Assembly: GCA_003599635.1 (NCBI GenBank)
Contig: QZIX01000011.1
Location: 1-47,860 of the forward strand
DNA: 47,860 nt
DNA from: Candidatus Parcubacteria bacterium
Lineage (GTDB): Bacteria > Patescibacteriota > Patescibacteriia > Buchananbacterales > SURF-54
Direction of reading: 5' to 3'
Position 1 is the stretch's first letter. Each line of letters starts with the position of its first letter. A model generated the notes under the pieces. The model was not told the origin of the DNA. It did no database searches and saw nothing but the letters and a program-made list of their open reading frames with translations. Shown one piece after another: positions 39,154 to 47,860 of the stretch. A program made the translations under genes and the position numbers.

Positions 39154-40203
39154 TTATATTCTCGGCTTTTCAATTTCCAAAGGGTCAACCTGTTTTTCAC
39201 CGCCGATTAATTTGGTAACGTCCTTGTCGATTTTGGCAAATTCTTTATAGGCGGAATTATACATATTAACAGTTGTTCCCAGATTATTGCCGAGTTTCTT
39301 TAAATAATCTTCATAGGATTTTAGATGTTTTCCCAGCATGCCTACATTTTTTAAAATCTCTTTGGTTGATTCCTGTATCTGATACGCCCGCATTCCCTGC
39401 AGCAAGGATTGAAGGGTAACATAAAAAGTCGTCGGTGAAACTATGTGAACTTTTTTTTCATGGATGGCATAATCAATTAAATCCCTGGTGTTGACTTTTA
39501 CCGCTCCGACTTTATTTATCAGCAGATCATAATATATCCCTTCGGCGGGAATGAACATAAAAGCCAGCTCCATAGTGCCCAAATCCGGACGCACATATTT
39601 GGCCGTTTCATCGATCCTTTTTTTCAAATCACTTTTAAACACCTTTTCCAGATCAGATTTCTTTTCAAAATCATGTTCTTCGACAATGCGATTGTAATTT
39701 TCAAGAGAAAATTTCGAATCAATGGGAATCATTTTGTCGCCGAAAAAAAGCACGGCGTCAACAATCAAATCCGCGCCCGTATTTTCGTCTTTGCCCAATT
39801 TGTACTGCATCTGGTATTGATTCGGCTGAAAAGCGTTTTTAAGCAAAGTTTCCAGGTAATACTCTCCTAAAATGCCGCGCTGTTTGGGATTTTTTAAAAT
39901 GTTTTCCAGGCTCTGCAGCTGCTGGGCGAATCCCATCACCTGCCGGTTAGTTTCATCAAGTTTGGTTAATTTTTCCGTAACCGATGAAATAATCTGCGCG
40001 CTTTGGCCAAACTGACTCTGCATTATCCTGGGCAGGTCGCCCAGGCGGTTATCGAGTGTTCTTGTTATTTCATTAATCTGATTCTGCAGCATTAAAACAG
40101 ATTTGTCATCCTTTTCCTGCGGTCTGTTTTTTTTCACTTGCCAAAAAACCAGACCAAACCCTGTTAATAAAATAATTATTATGATTGCAAAAAATAATTC
40201 CAT
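39154..40203 (-). CDS. rmuC: DNA recombination protein RmuC
   Basis: NPKQRGILGE, IPIDSKF, MFIPAEGIY, IVSPTT. Confidence 0.93.
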   Translation of the reverse strand: MELFFAIIIIILLTGFGLVFWQVKKNRPQEKDDKSVLMLQNQINEITRTLDNRLGDLPRIMQSQFGQSAQIISSVTEKLTKLDETNRQVMGFAQQLQSLENILKNPKQRGILGEYYLETLLKNAFQPNQYQMQYKLGKDENTGADLIVDAVLFFGDKMIPIDSKFSLENYNRIVEEHDFEKKSDLEKVFKSDLKKRIDETAKYVRPDLGTMELAFMFIPAEGIYYDLLINKVGAVKVNTRDLIDYAIHEKKVHIVSPTTFYVTLQSLLQGMRAYQIQESTKEILKNVGMLGKHLKSYEDYLKKLGNNLGTTVNMYNSAYKEFAKIDKDVTKLIGGEKQVDPLEIEKPRI

Positions 40204-40363
40204 AGTAATATAAATCTAGCACAACTTTAAAACTTTTTCAAAAGGTATAATTGACCTATCTTTTACAATATGTTATTATATTTTCTATCAAAAATAACTG
40301 CTTGAAGAATGCTTTTTTTCTAACTATTAAGCCAAAAATATACCTTTTCCGATAAAAAAAATA

Positions 40364-41653
40364 TTGGTAAAAACGGGGGCGAATTTATTTCGCTTTTTAT
40401 TTTTGTCATCAACAGCCTCTTTGGCCGTCGGCAAGTTTATTGTGGCCGCATCGAAAAAACCGCTGTTTAAAAAAATTGTTATCAATACCTTTATTTTGCC
40501 TCTTTATGAAATTCTTTTCAGCAGTAAAAAACTTATTTACAAATTCTACGGCCGGGGTGAAAACAAACGTTTTTTGCTGCTTTTTTCAAAAAGATACCTT
40601 GTTCATATTGCCTTAATTGCAATTGCACTGCCGGTTGTAGCCGCCAATTTAAATGCGTATGAAGTAAGAAGCGATGATTTTGAAACCAGCATTTTAGCCA
40701 GTCTTTCAATCAATGAAGATCTGGGGTTAATTGAAGAAGAAGGCCCCATAATCAATAAACCCATCCGAAATTACCTGGATCCCAATGCTGTTGAACCGCA
40801 GCAACAGGAAACAGACGGCGAGGAAAGCTCGTTGCCGACAACAGCCGCCGGCAGCGCCATTATCAGGCAGATTATTTCCACAACAGAAGCCGAAACAAGA
40901 CAAAGAGACAAAATTGCCAGCTATACTGTAGAAGAAGGCGACAATATAAATTACATCGCCAAAAAATTCGGTCTCAGTGTCAATACCATGCTTTGGGCCA
41001 ATAATCTGACCAGTTATTCAATTATCAGGCCCGGTGACAAACTGACAATTCTGCCTTCGAACGGTTTGGTTCATAAAATCATTAAAGGCGACACTCTTTC
41101 CAAAATCGCCAAAAAATACAACGCCGAAAGTGAAAAAATTATCGAGGTTAATAAACTGGCTTCAGCCGATGATTTGACACTTGGCGAAAACCTGATCATT
41201 CCCAACGGCGTAAAGCCCGCCACACCGGTTTACAGCCTGAGAACAAACTGGTCACCGGCGCCTGCATCGGCTGCGGCTATCAAAGGGTCCGGCTCAATGC
41301 TTTGGCCAAGTACCTGCCGCCGGATAACGCAATATTTCGGCTGGAGACATTCGGGAATCGACATTGCTTGCCCCCGGAACAGCGCCATTTATGCCGCTGA
41401 TTCAGGAACAGTTATTAAAGCGCAAGGCGGGTGGAACGGCGGCTACGGCATTTACATTATAATTGACCACGGCAACGGTCTGCAGACACTTTACGGCCAT
41501 TTAAGCAAGCTCTATGTCAAATCCGGCGATCAGGTAAACAAAGGGGATGCCATTGGCGCTGAAGGATCGACCGGGCGTTCAACCGGACCCCATGTTCATT
41601 TTGAGGTCCGCCAGGCCGGATATCGCAAAAATCCTCTAAGTTATATTAAATAA
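40364..41653 (+). CDS. LysM-repeat M23 metallopeptidase (start uncertain)
   Basis: Two LysM domains; HSGIDIA, YGHLS, GRSTGPHVHFEV. Confidence 0.92.
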   Translation: MVKTGANLFRFLFLSSTASLAVGKFIVAASKKPLFKKIVINTFILPLYEILFSSKKLIYKFYGRGENKRFLLLFSKRYLVHIALIAIALPVVAANLNAYEVRSDDFETSILASLSINEDLGLIEEEGPIINKPIRNYLDPNAVEPQQQETDGEESSLPTTAAGSAIIRQIISTTEAETRQRDKIASYTVEEGDNINYIAKKFGLSVNTMLWANNLTSYSIIRPGDKLTILPSNGLVHKIIKGDTLSKIAKKYNAESEKIIEVNKLASADDLTLGENLIIPNGVKPATPVYSLRTNWSPAPASAAAIKGSGSMLWPSTCRRITQYFGWRHSGIDIACPRNSAIYAADSGTVIKAQGGWNGGYGIYIIIDHGNGLQTLYGHLSKLYVKSGDQVNKGDAIGAEGSTGRSTGPHVHFEVRQAGYRKNPLSYIK

Positions 41654-41728
41654 AAATAAAAAAAACTTGCCTGAAAGATTTTTTAAACTGTTAAATGTTA
41701 CCGTTTATTATTTTTAATATATATCCAC

Positions 41729-42004
41729 TTGTCTAAATTTAAATAATTTCGTATAATTTTTCTATTGTGGCCATCTGTTAAATTAGGAGAGAGTGGGTAA
41801 AACAAGTGACCTTTTTTAGGTAACATAGATGGCATTTGACCCTTTCAATAAATATTCCTCGGAGGATGCGACAATGAAAAAGATACTACATTATGCCCAG
41901 AAAGGCTGGGCGCAAGAAAATTTCGCAGTCGACGTCTAATCGTCGCACAGGTGCCCCCACAGTTTCACTCAATAATACACTTGTTCTGTGGGGGTTTTTT
42001 TATT
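41729..42004 (+). ncRNA. Candidate stand-alone small transcript (sRNA and/or 21-aa peptide)
   Basis: TTGTCT-17-TATAAT promoter, several stems, CCCCCACAG/CTGTGGGGG terminator with T run. Confidence 0.45.
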
Positions 42005-42033
42005 AAAAAAATAAATGTTATGAGCTTCAAACT

Positions 42034-43188
42034 TCAGCAGCAATAAAGTTCCTTTAAAGTTTTGCCTTCTTCCTGTTTACCGAAGGGGTTGCCGTATTGC
42101 CTTACATTTTCTATCATTTTTTTATTGGCAGCGCTGATTTTACCATCCTTTACAAAATCATTTCTGGCCATTTTGGTAAGTTTTTGCCAATCAATTTTTA
42201 CCGGACAATTTATTGTGCAGCTTGAACAAAGGCTGCAGCTGTAATTTTTTTCAAAATCTGAAATTTTCGGCTTAAGCCCGGATGTATTGTATATGGGGCA
42301 GCAGTCATAGCAAGCGCCGCAATTTATGCAGTACAACTTTTCTTTAAAGGGAGACCGAGCAGTTTCGAACCGGCCTGCATCAACAAAAATAACATGAACT
42401 TCCCTGGCGCCATGAGCTCCAAAGACAAGTTCATTTTGAATGTCGCCTGTTTTTGACGGACCGGATATGACATTAACGTAATTGGGCCAATCCTGACCCG
42501 TTCCCCAGACTGCCGCCGCTTTTACCACGTCGTTTGCTTCTGACATATTTTTAACGATTTTGTTGACGCCGACAACTACAATATGCCTGTCAGGCAGGTG
42601 ACTGAGCAGAGAAATATTGCCTTCATTTTCCAAAATTACCACCTGACCTTCGGCGGTAACGGCATTGGCGCCGGTAAGGCCGGTTTTGGCATTCTTTATT
42701 TTTTCCCTTAAATAGCTGCGGACAAAGGCGACGATTTTTTCCGGCTTAGGTTCAACGTCAACATTTAATTTTTTCTTAATCGCAGCTGCCATTTCAGCTT
42801 CAGTCAGACTTAAGGCGGGAATCACGGGATGAGGATCTTTTTTTCCGGCCAGCGATGATAAAAAATCACCGGTATCGGTTTCGATTACTTCCGCACGGAT
42901 TTCTGAAATGCCGACTTTATTTATTGTATTGGATTTGGATTTTACGATATATTTTTCACCGGCAATAAGCTTGTTTATAATATTTAAAGCATCAATATTA
43001 GTTGAAGCCAGATAAACTTGGCAGCCGTTTTTTTCCAGGGATTTCTTCGCCTGGCCCAGATAAACTTCCATATTGTCAATGGCAAAAGTTTTAAAAGTAA
43101 GAAGCCGATCCCTTAATTTTTCAGCTTCAGCCAAAGGAAGCGCGCTTTTTCTTTTTTTTAAATATTCGTAAAGGAATTTTTTATTCAT
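42034..43188 (-). CDS. LUD-domain iron-sulfur protein (LutB-like)
   Basis: KSKS, ETDTG, TGAN, ENEGN, ISGPSKTGDI, CINCGACYDCCP, CSLCSSCTINCP. Confidence 0.85.
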   Translation of the reverse strand: MNKKFLYEYLKKRKSALPLAEAEKLRDRLLTFKTFAIDNMEVYLGQAKKSLEKNGCQVYLASTNIDALNIINKLIAGEKYIVKSKSNTINKVGISEIRAEVIETDTGDFLSSLAGKKDPHPVIPALSLTEAEMAAAIKKKLNVDVEPKPEKIVAFVRSYLREKIKNAKTGLTGANAVTAEGQVVILENEGNISLLSHLPDRHIVVVGVNKIVKNMSEANDVVKAAAVWGTGQDWPNYVNVISGPSKTGDIQNELVFGAHGAREVHVIFVDAGRFETARSPFKEKLYCINCGACYDCCPIYNTSGLKPKISDFEKNYSCSLCSSCTINCPVKIDWQKLTKMARNDFVKDGKISAANKKMIENVRQYGNPFGKQEEGKTLKELYCC

Positions 43189-43229
43189 TGATTTAGTTCA
43201 TTAAAAAAACGGACGACTGGAATTTTGCG

Positions 43230-44018
43230 CTAAAGGCGTTTTACCGCCTGCATTTGTCCGGCAGCAGTATCATTATTGTTTATTGCCTTAATTTTTCCCA
43301 GTAACAATTCAGAAAATTCACAGACTTGAATTCTGCCGCTGTTCCTTTGAAGGTGAAGCGTACATAACGGACAAGGTGAAGTTAAAACCAAAACCCCTGT
43401 TTCTTCAGCCTGCTTTAGGCGCTCTTTGGCGACTTCATTGGCCAGTTCTGTTTTGTTTGTCTGCAATCCCCCGCCGCCGCCGCAGCAAAAAGAATCCGTT
43501 TTGCTTAAATTCATTTCCTTCAATTCTATCCCCATCATTTTCAGAAGCTTTCGCGGCTGTTCATAGATGCCCGATTTTTTTCCCAAATGGCAGGGATCAT
43601 GAAAAGTGACGGTCAGATTTTCATACTTTGGCAGCCTGATTTTTCCCGATTCAGCCGCAGATAACGCAAATTCCATGAAATGAATCACTTCAATGTCCCA
43701 GCTGCCGCCCAAAATTCCGCTGTAATCTTTTTTTAAGACCTTATAACATGACGGGCAGTTGGTAATAATCTTTTTTACCGAATGTGATTTGAAAATCTTT
43801 AAGTTATCTTCAGCCAGCTTTTTAAAATCATCGAAAAAACCCGCGTTTAAAACCGGGGAGCCGCAGCATTTTTCCAGATCGGCAAGAACTATAAAATCAA
43901 CTCCCGCATCGTTAAGAATTTTTTTATAGTTTTCTTCAATGCTTTTGCCGGCAAATTTTGTCAGACAGCCCGGATAATATAAAATATTCCCGGAAAATAA
44001 TTTGTTCAGTAAAGACAT
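43230..44018 (-). CDS. CCG-domain Fe-S oxidoreductase subunit (LutA/HdrB-like)
   Basis: YYPGC, CCGSP, CPSC, FHDPCHLG, CCGGGGG, CPLC. Confidence 0.88.
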   Translation of the reverse strand: MSLLNKLFSGNILYYPGCLTKFAGKSIEENYKKILNDAGVDFIVLADLEKCCGSPVLNAGFFDDFKKLAEDNLKIFKSHSVKKIITNCPSCYKVLKKDYSGILGGSWDIEVIHFMEFALSAAESGKIRLPKYENLTVTFHDPCHLGKKSGIYEQPRKLLKMMGIELKEMNLSKTDSFCCGGGGGLQTNKTELANEVAKERLKQAEETGVLVLTSPCPLCTLHLQRNSGRIQVCEFSELLLGKIKAINNNDTAAGQMQAVKRL

Positions 44019-44056
44019 AAACTAATTTAACTTTGGCGACATTAAGGGTAAATTAA

Positions 44057-44731
44057 CTAAAGCTTTCCCGTAAACATTATAACGGCCAGAGCCAGCATAC
44101 CCAAACCCATAAACAATTTCAGCCATTTTCTCTTACTTAACCTTATCATATTTAACTTCTGACTGGAATAACCGAAATAAACCGCGGCTAAAATCAGAAT
44201 TAAAGGCAGAACAAAGATGAAATTATATATTAACAGATAGATTGTTCCCCGTGATTTTAAACCGCTCTCGGCCAGCATTGACAGGACAGCGAGATAAAAG
44301 ACGCCCGTGCAGGGCAGCTCAAACGCCGAAACTAAAAATCCCAAAACAACCGCACCGGGCACTGACGCTTTGTGGATATATCTTTCAATTAACGGCCGTT
44401 TCGATTCGGGAATTTCCAGACTGAATCCGCGGCCATACCAGAAAAAATCCTTGATGTTGACAAGACCGGCGATAACCAGAAGAATTCCGGCGCCGTAGAG
44501 CAGAAAAACCGAAATATTTACAAAACTTATGGCTTTAAACAGTCCCAGCCCGGCCAGAAAATAGGTTACATAAACCGTAACAATGTAAATGACGCCTATC
44601 TTTAAAATCATTTTTTTTGAACCGATGACCGCAAGATAAGTGAGTAAAAAAACCATGACCGAAATGGCGCAGGGATTGATAGAATCAAGCAAAGCGGCGC
44701 CTAAAACCACAGGCAAAGTAAGGTTTGTCAT
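44057..44731 (-). CDS. CcdA/DsbD-like transmembrane electron transporter
   Basis: DSINPCA and ELPCTG cysteine motifs; YNFIFVLPL. Confidence 0.85.
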   Translation of the reverse strand: MTNLTLPVVLGAALLDSINPCAISVMVFLLTYLAVIGSKKMILKIGVIYIVTVYVTYFLAGLGLFKAISFVNISVFLLYGAGILLVIAGLVNIKDFFWYGRGFSLEIPESKRPLIERYIHKASVPGAVVLGFLVSAFELPCTGVFYLAVLSMLAESGLKSRGTIYLLIYNFIFVLPLILILAAVYFGYSSQKLNMIRLSKRKWLKLFMGLGMLALAVIMFTGKL

Positions 44732-44732
44732 A

Positions 44733-45260
44733 TTATTTTTTCTTTATTATTTTCATTATGAACACGGCGACTATGATTAAAAGCAAGGTAAGAAAAATCA
44801 AGCCGACCGTTTGTTCTTTTTTTCCTTCAGGTAAATTTTTATTTTTCCAGTTTTCCCCGGCAGAAGCGAGTTTTTCTTCAGGCGACTGGCAAATTTTATT
44901 TTGACAGTAATCGATGGCGATATCAATAGCGGAATAATCCTCGCCTATTATAAACTTATCGCCGATAAAAATAACGGGAACGCTGTTATTGTCTGATAAA
45001 CCATAAATATCCGCCAAGACCTGAAACTTGTTTCTGTTTTCTTGATTTTCTGCTCCCAGCATTTCAAAATATTGAAAATCGATATTCTGATTCTGTTTTA
45101 TTTTTTCAGCCATATATTCCTTAACCTGTTTGCAGTGAACGCAGGTTGCCAGGCCGAATTCCCAGACCTGAACTTTATTTTGGGCAAAAACCGCTGACGG
45201 CAGAAAACTTAAGATGAGTAAAGCTGCTAAAAATATTTTTTTCATAACTTTTTTAATCAT
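44733..45260 (-). CDS. Exported glutaredoxin/thioredoxin-fold protein with C-terminal anchor
   Basis: Signal peptide, CVHC, SVPVIFIGD. Confidence 0.8.
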   Translation of the reverse strand: MIKKVMKKIFLAALLILSFLPSAVFAQNKVQVWEFGLATCVHCKQVKEYMAEKIKQNQNIDFQYFEMLGAENQENRNKFQVLADIYGLSDNNSVPVIFIGDKFIIGEDYSAIDIAIDYCQNKICQSPEEKLASAGENWKNKNLPEGKKEQTVGLIFLTLLLIIVAVFIMKIIKKK

Positions 45261-45304
45261 AAAAACTCCTTAATTAATCAAAACTCTGTAAAACCTTTTT
45301 TTGA

Positions 45305-45673
45305 TTACTCAAGGAGTTTACAAAAAATACTGCCTTTAAAAAGAATAACGGGAAAAATAAATATTTTTTTTATCCCGCCGCCTAAAGTTCTTTCCTGAAA
45401 AAAATTTTTTCGTCTGAATTCCCCGGGGAAAAAAATCAGGCTTATAACCGCTAAAATCGCCGACAATAAAAAAATCCATTCCAGCTTGGCCAAAAAAAGC
45501 GTCAGCAAAAAATGTATATGCTGATCATACATATTGCCGCTGCAACTTTTGGAAGTATTAACCGCCGCTCCCAGACTGAAATTTTCATGTCCGCATTGAG
45601 GCAAAGAAAAAACCAGAAGTACGGCCGACAAAACAAATAATGAAGAAATGATTAAGTAGAAAAATCTTTTCAT
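45305..45673 (-). CDS. Hypothetical membrane protein
   Basis: Two hydrophobic segments with a Cys/His loop. Confidence 0.6.
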   Translation of the reverse strand: MKRFFYLIISSLFVLSAVLLVFSLPQCGHENFSLGAAVNTSKSCSGNMYDQHIHFLLTLFLAKLEWIFLLSAILAVISLIFFPGEFRRKNFFQERTLGGGIKKIFIFPVILFKGSIFCKLLE

Positions 45674-45927
45674 GGTTGTTGTAAAATTTATTATAGCAAA
45701 TTTTTGCTTAAAGTCAAGAAAAAAAGCCGGACTGAAATTTTATCCGGCTAGTCCATCCTTAATCAGAATGTCAAATAGAAGCATGTGCATTTTGCCCGCT
45801 AATGCATTTTCTTATTATTGACAGCGTTCTTTGAATTTACTGGCACCTTATCACAACGAAGACATAAAATCAAGAAAGAAGGGCAGACCTTAGAGAGGCT
45901 GCCCTTGTTTTGCAAAGATCACCGTCC

Positions 45928-46290
45928 TTATCCGACTGTCGATGCTTGACCTATATTAATAGAAATTCCTTTCATTCCCTTAAGACTGTTAACTAGACCG
46001 ATAAGATAATGCTGGATTTGATTCGGGGTAAACGAAAAGCTTAATTTGATGGTAAGCAATTGCTTCTCGACTGAATAGTTTACATCAGTGGTTTTCAAAG
46101 GCGTACCGCTGGTCGCCCCCATCAATCTATGAAAAGAATTCGATTCAGCGTCAGATACGCCGGAAACGTTAAAAGTCAAATTACCCTGATTGTCAGTATT
46201 ATTCAGGTTTATCGTGACTTCGACCGACTTGCCGTCCAACAACTTTTTAATTTCTTCGTGTGCTTTGTCAATACCATTTTCTTGGGCCAT
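45928..46290 (-). CDS. Hypothetical protein
   Basis: SD GGGAGG; followed by a terminator hairpin near 45879-45907. Confidence 0.65.
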   Translation of the reverse strand: MAQENGIDKAHEEIKKLLDGKSVEVTINLNNTDNQGNLTFNVSGVSDAESNSFHRLMGATSGTPLKTTDVNYSVEKQLLTIKLSFSFTPNQIQHYLIGLVNSLKGMKGISINIGQASTVG

Positions 46291-46440
46291 ATCTACCTCC
46301 CTTTGTTTGGAAAAGCGGCTCCGCTTGAAATTAACTTTATATCAGCAATCGGCTATAAAGTCAACAATAACAATTATCACTAAATAAAGATAAAAACAAG
46401 AAAACAAATGCCATCATTGCTTATCTAATTTATGTAACCA

Positions 46441-46770
46441 TTATTCTGATATTCTGCAGAATATCAGAATGTTTCAATAAACTTGATAATTTTTAATCCA
46501 TAAGGCGTTATCGTATGTAAGACCAATTGCCGACTGTATTTTTTTGATACCAGTCCGGCCAATGATAATTTTCTAGTATGCTCGGAAATAGTTTTAAAAT
46601 TACAACTAAGGTTTTCGGCAATTTCATTAACAGTTATTCCGCCGCATTTATTCACAAGTAGCAGAATATCGATTCTCCTGTGGTTTGCCACACCCTTAAA
46701 ATATCTTTCAAGTTGTTTTGATGATTTTTCCATAAAGTTATTCTTATATTCTGCAGAATATAAGAATGTT
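46441..46770. repeat. Pair of 33-bp direct repeats, each containing a perfect 28-bp palindrome, flanking the ArsR gene
   Basis: 46441-46473 TTATTCTGATATTCTGCAGAATATCAGAATGTT; 46738-46770 TTATTCTTATATTCTGCAGAATATAAGAATGTT. Confidence 0.92.
46464..46733 (-). CDS. ArsR-like winged-helix regulator
   Basis: FKGVANHRRIDIL, EIAENL, TISEHTRKL..AGLV. Confidence 0.88.
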   Translation of the reverse strand: MEKSSKQLERYFKGVANHRRIDILLLVNKCGGITVNEIAENLSCNFKTISEHTRKLSLAGLVSKKYSRQLVLHTITPYGLKIIKFIETF

Positions 46771-46810
46771 AATTATTAAATTTAAAAATACACCTGCAAA
46801 ATTAATCTCC

Positions 46811-47860
46811 TTATTCAACTTTAGGACGATACTGCAGCGCCTCGGCAACGTGTTTTAATCTGATATTTTCTTCTTCATCCAGATCAGCGATTGTCCTGGC
46901 TATTTTTAAAATTCTGAAATAAGATCTTGCAGAAAGGTTCATCTGAACAACTGCCTGACGCAAAAGCTGCAGAACCTTAAAATCCAAACGGCAAAAATCC
47001 TTCGTCTGTCTGGATGACATTTCCGAATTGGTCAGAATACCGATTTTTTTAAATCTTTCCGTCTGTATATCCCTGGCTTTTTGCACATGGCGTCTTATTG
47101 AAGAAGAATTTTCTCCTTCGGCTTCCTGGGTCAGTTTTTCAAAATTCAGCTTGGGTATCTCAAGGTGCAAGTCAATCCGGTCCAGTAACGGTCCGGAAAT
47201 TTTTTTCTGATATTTAATGATATTGCCGGGAGAACAGGTGCAGGGTCTGTCCGGATCATTAAGATAACCGCAGGGGCAGGGGTTCATGGCCGCAACCAGA
47301 ATAAATTTCGCCGGAAACTGCAATGTCTTGGCCACGCGAGAAACGGAAATTACGCCGTCTTCAAGCGGCTGGCGGAGATTTTCCAAAACCGAACGGGGAA
47401 ATTCGGCAAATTCGTCCAGAAATAAAATACCGCGGTGAGCCAGAGAAATTTCTCCGGGTTTAGGGTAAGTGCCTCCTCCGACCAAAGCCATTGCCGAAGC
47501 TGTATGATGCGGGGAGCGAAATGGTCTTTCGGTGACAAGCGGTTTGTTTCTGGGCAGAAGCCCGGCAACGCTGTAAATTTTTGTTACCGACAGACTTTCA
47601 GATACTTTCATTTCCGGCAAAATAGTGCACATGGCCTTGGCCAGCATGGTTTTTCCCGCACCCGGCGGTCCGGATAAAAGGATATTGTGTGATCCGGCGG
47701 CGGCAATTTCCAGCGCGCGCTTAGCCTGTTCCTGTCCTTTAACGTGCGCCATGTCTGTGTCATAATCCGGAACAATGATTTTATAACTTGCCAAGCTGTT
47801 CGGATGAGAATTTATCTTTTTTTCTTCCCGAAGATGAAAAACAAGATCCTTAAGAAATTC
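46811..47860 (-). CDS. comM: YifB/ComM Mg-chelatase-like AAA+ ATPase (partial, starts outside window)
   Basis: GPPGAGKT, PFRSPHH, PGEISLAHRG, LDEFAEF, AMNPCPCG, ISGPLLDRID; frame open to the window edge. Confidence 0.93.
   Translation of the reverse strand, partial: EFLKDLVFHLREEKKINSHPNSLASYKIIVPDYDTDMAHVKGQEQAKRALEIAAAGSHNILLSGPPGAGKTMLAKAMCTILPEMKVSESLSVTKIYSVAGLLPRNKPLVTERPFRSPHHTASAMALVGGGTYPKPGEISLAHRGILFLDEFAEFPRSVLENLRQPLEDGVISVSRVAKTLQFPAKFILVAAMNPCPCGYLNDPDRPCTCSPGNIIKYQKKISGPLLDRIDLHLEIPKLNFEKLTQEAEGENSSSIRRHVQKARDIQTERFKKIGILTNSEMSSRQTKDFCRLDFKVLQLLRQAVVQMNLSARSYFRILKIARTIADLDEEENIRLKHVAEALQYRPKVE

Noticed and set aside
41764-42004. tmRNA or RNase P RNA
   Set aside because: No tRNA-like GGGG...CCACCA ends and no GAGGAAAGUCC motif

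Overview
Low-GC bacterial chromosome segment using the standard genetic code (TGA, TAA and TAG all end intact genes). Gene content suggests a Patescibacteria/CPR (Parcubacteria-like) genome (inference): orphan family-5 SBP beside secG, Elp3, stand-alone LigD phosphoesterase and decaying biosynthetic genes. Housekeeping features: secG, tRNA-Leu(CAG), rnj, trpS, glutamate dehydrogenase, murI, a phosphohexomutase, elp3, glyA, folD, cutA, purB, pyk, groES/groEL with a perfect CIRCE, rmuC, a LysM/M23 peptidase and a partial YifB/ComM gene. Three accessory or decaying regions: (i) 5.1-7.6 kb, with a GhoS-like gene, a candidate sRNA, and a T-box leader in front of small Zn-finger ORFs rather than trpS; (ii) 18.7-24.0 kb, an IS plus a tandemly duplicated [broken ORF - ankyrin - XRE pseudogene] module; (iii) 28.9-31.8 kb, a collapsing purine locus (purC and purH remnants, purB with an out-of-frame start). 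Best candidate for a new system: Elp3 divergently paired with a Trm9/ALKBH8-like methyltransferase, i.e. a possible eukaryote/archaea-type mcm5U34 tRNA pathway in a bacterium. Also notable: tRNA 5' fragments interrupted by the same hairpin, an ArsR gene bracketed by covarying 28-bp palindromes, and dispersed heptamer and REP-like repeats. All family calls come from motif recognition by eye; no searches were run.
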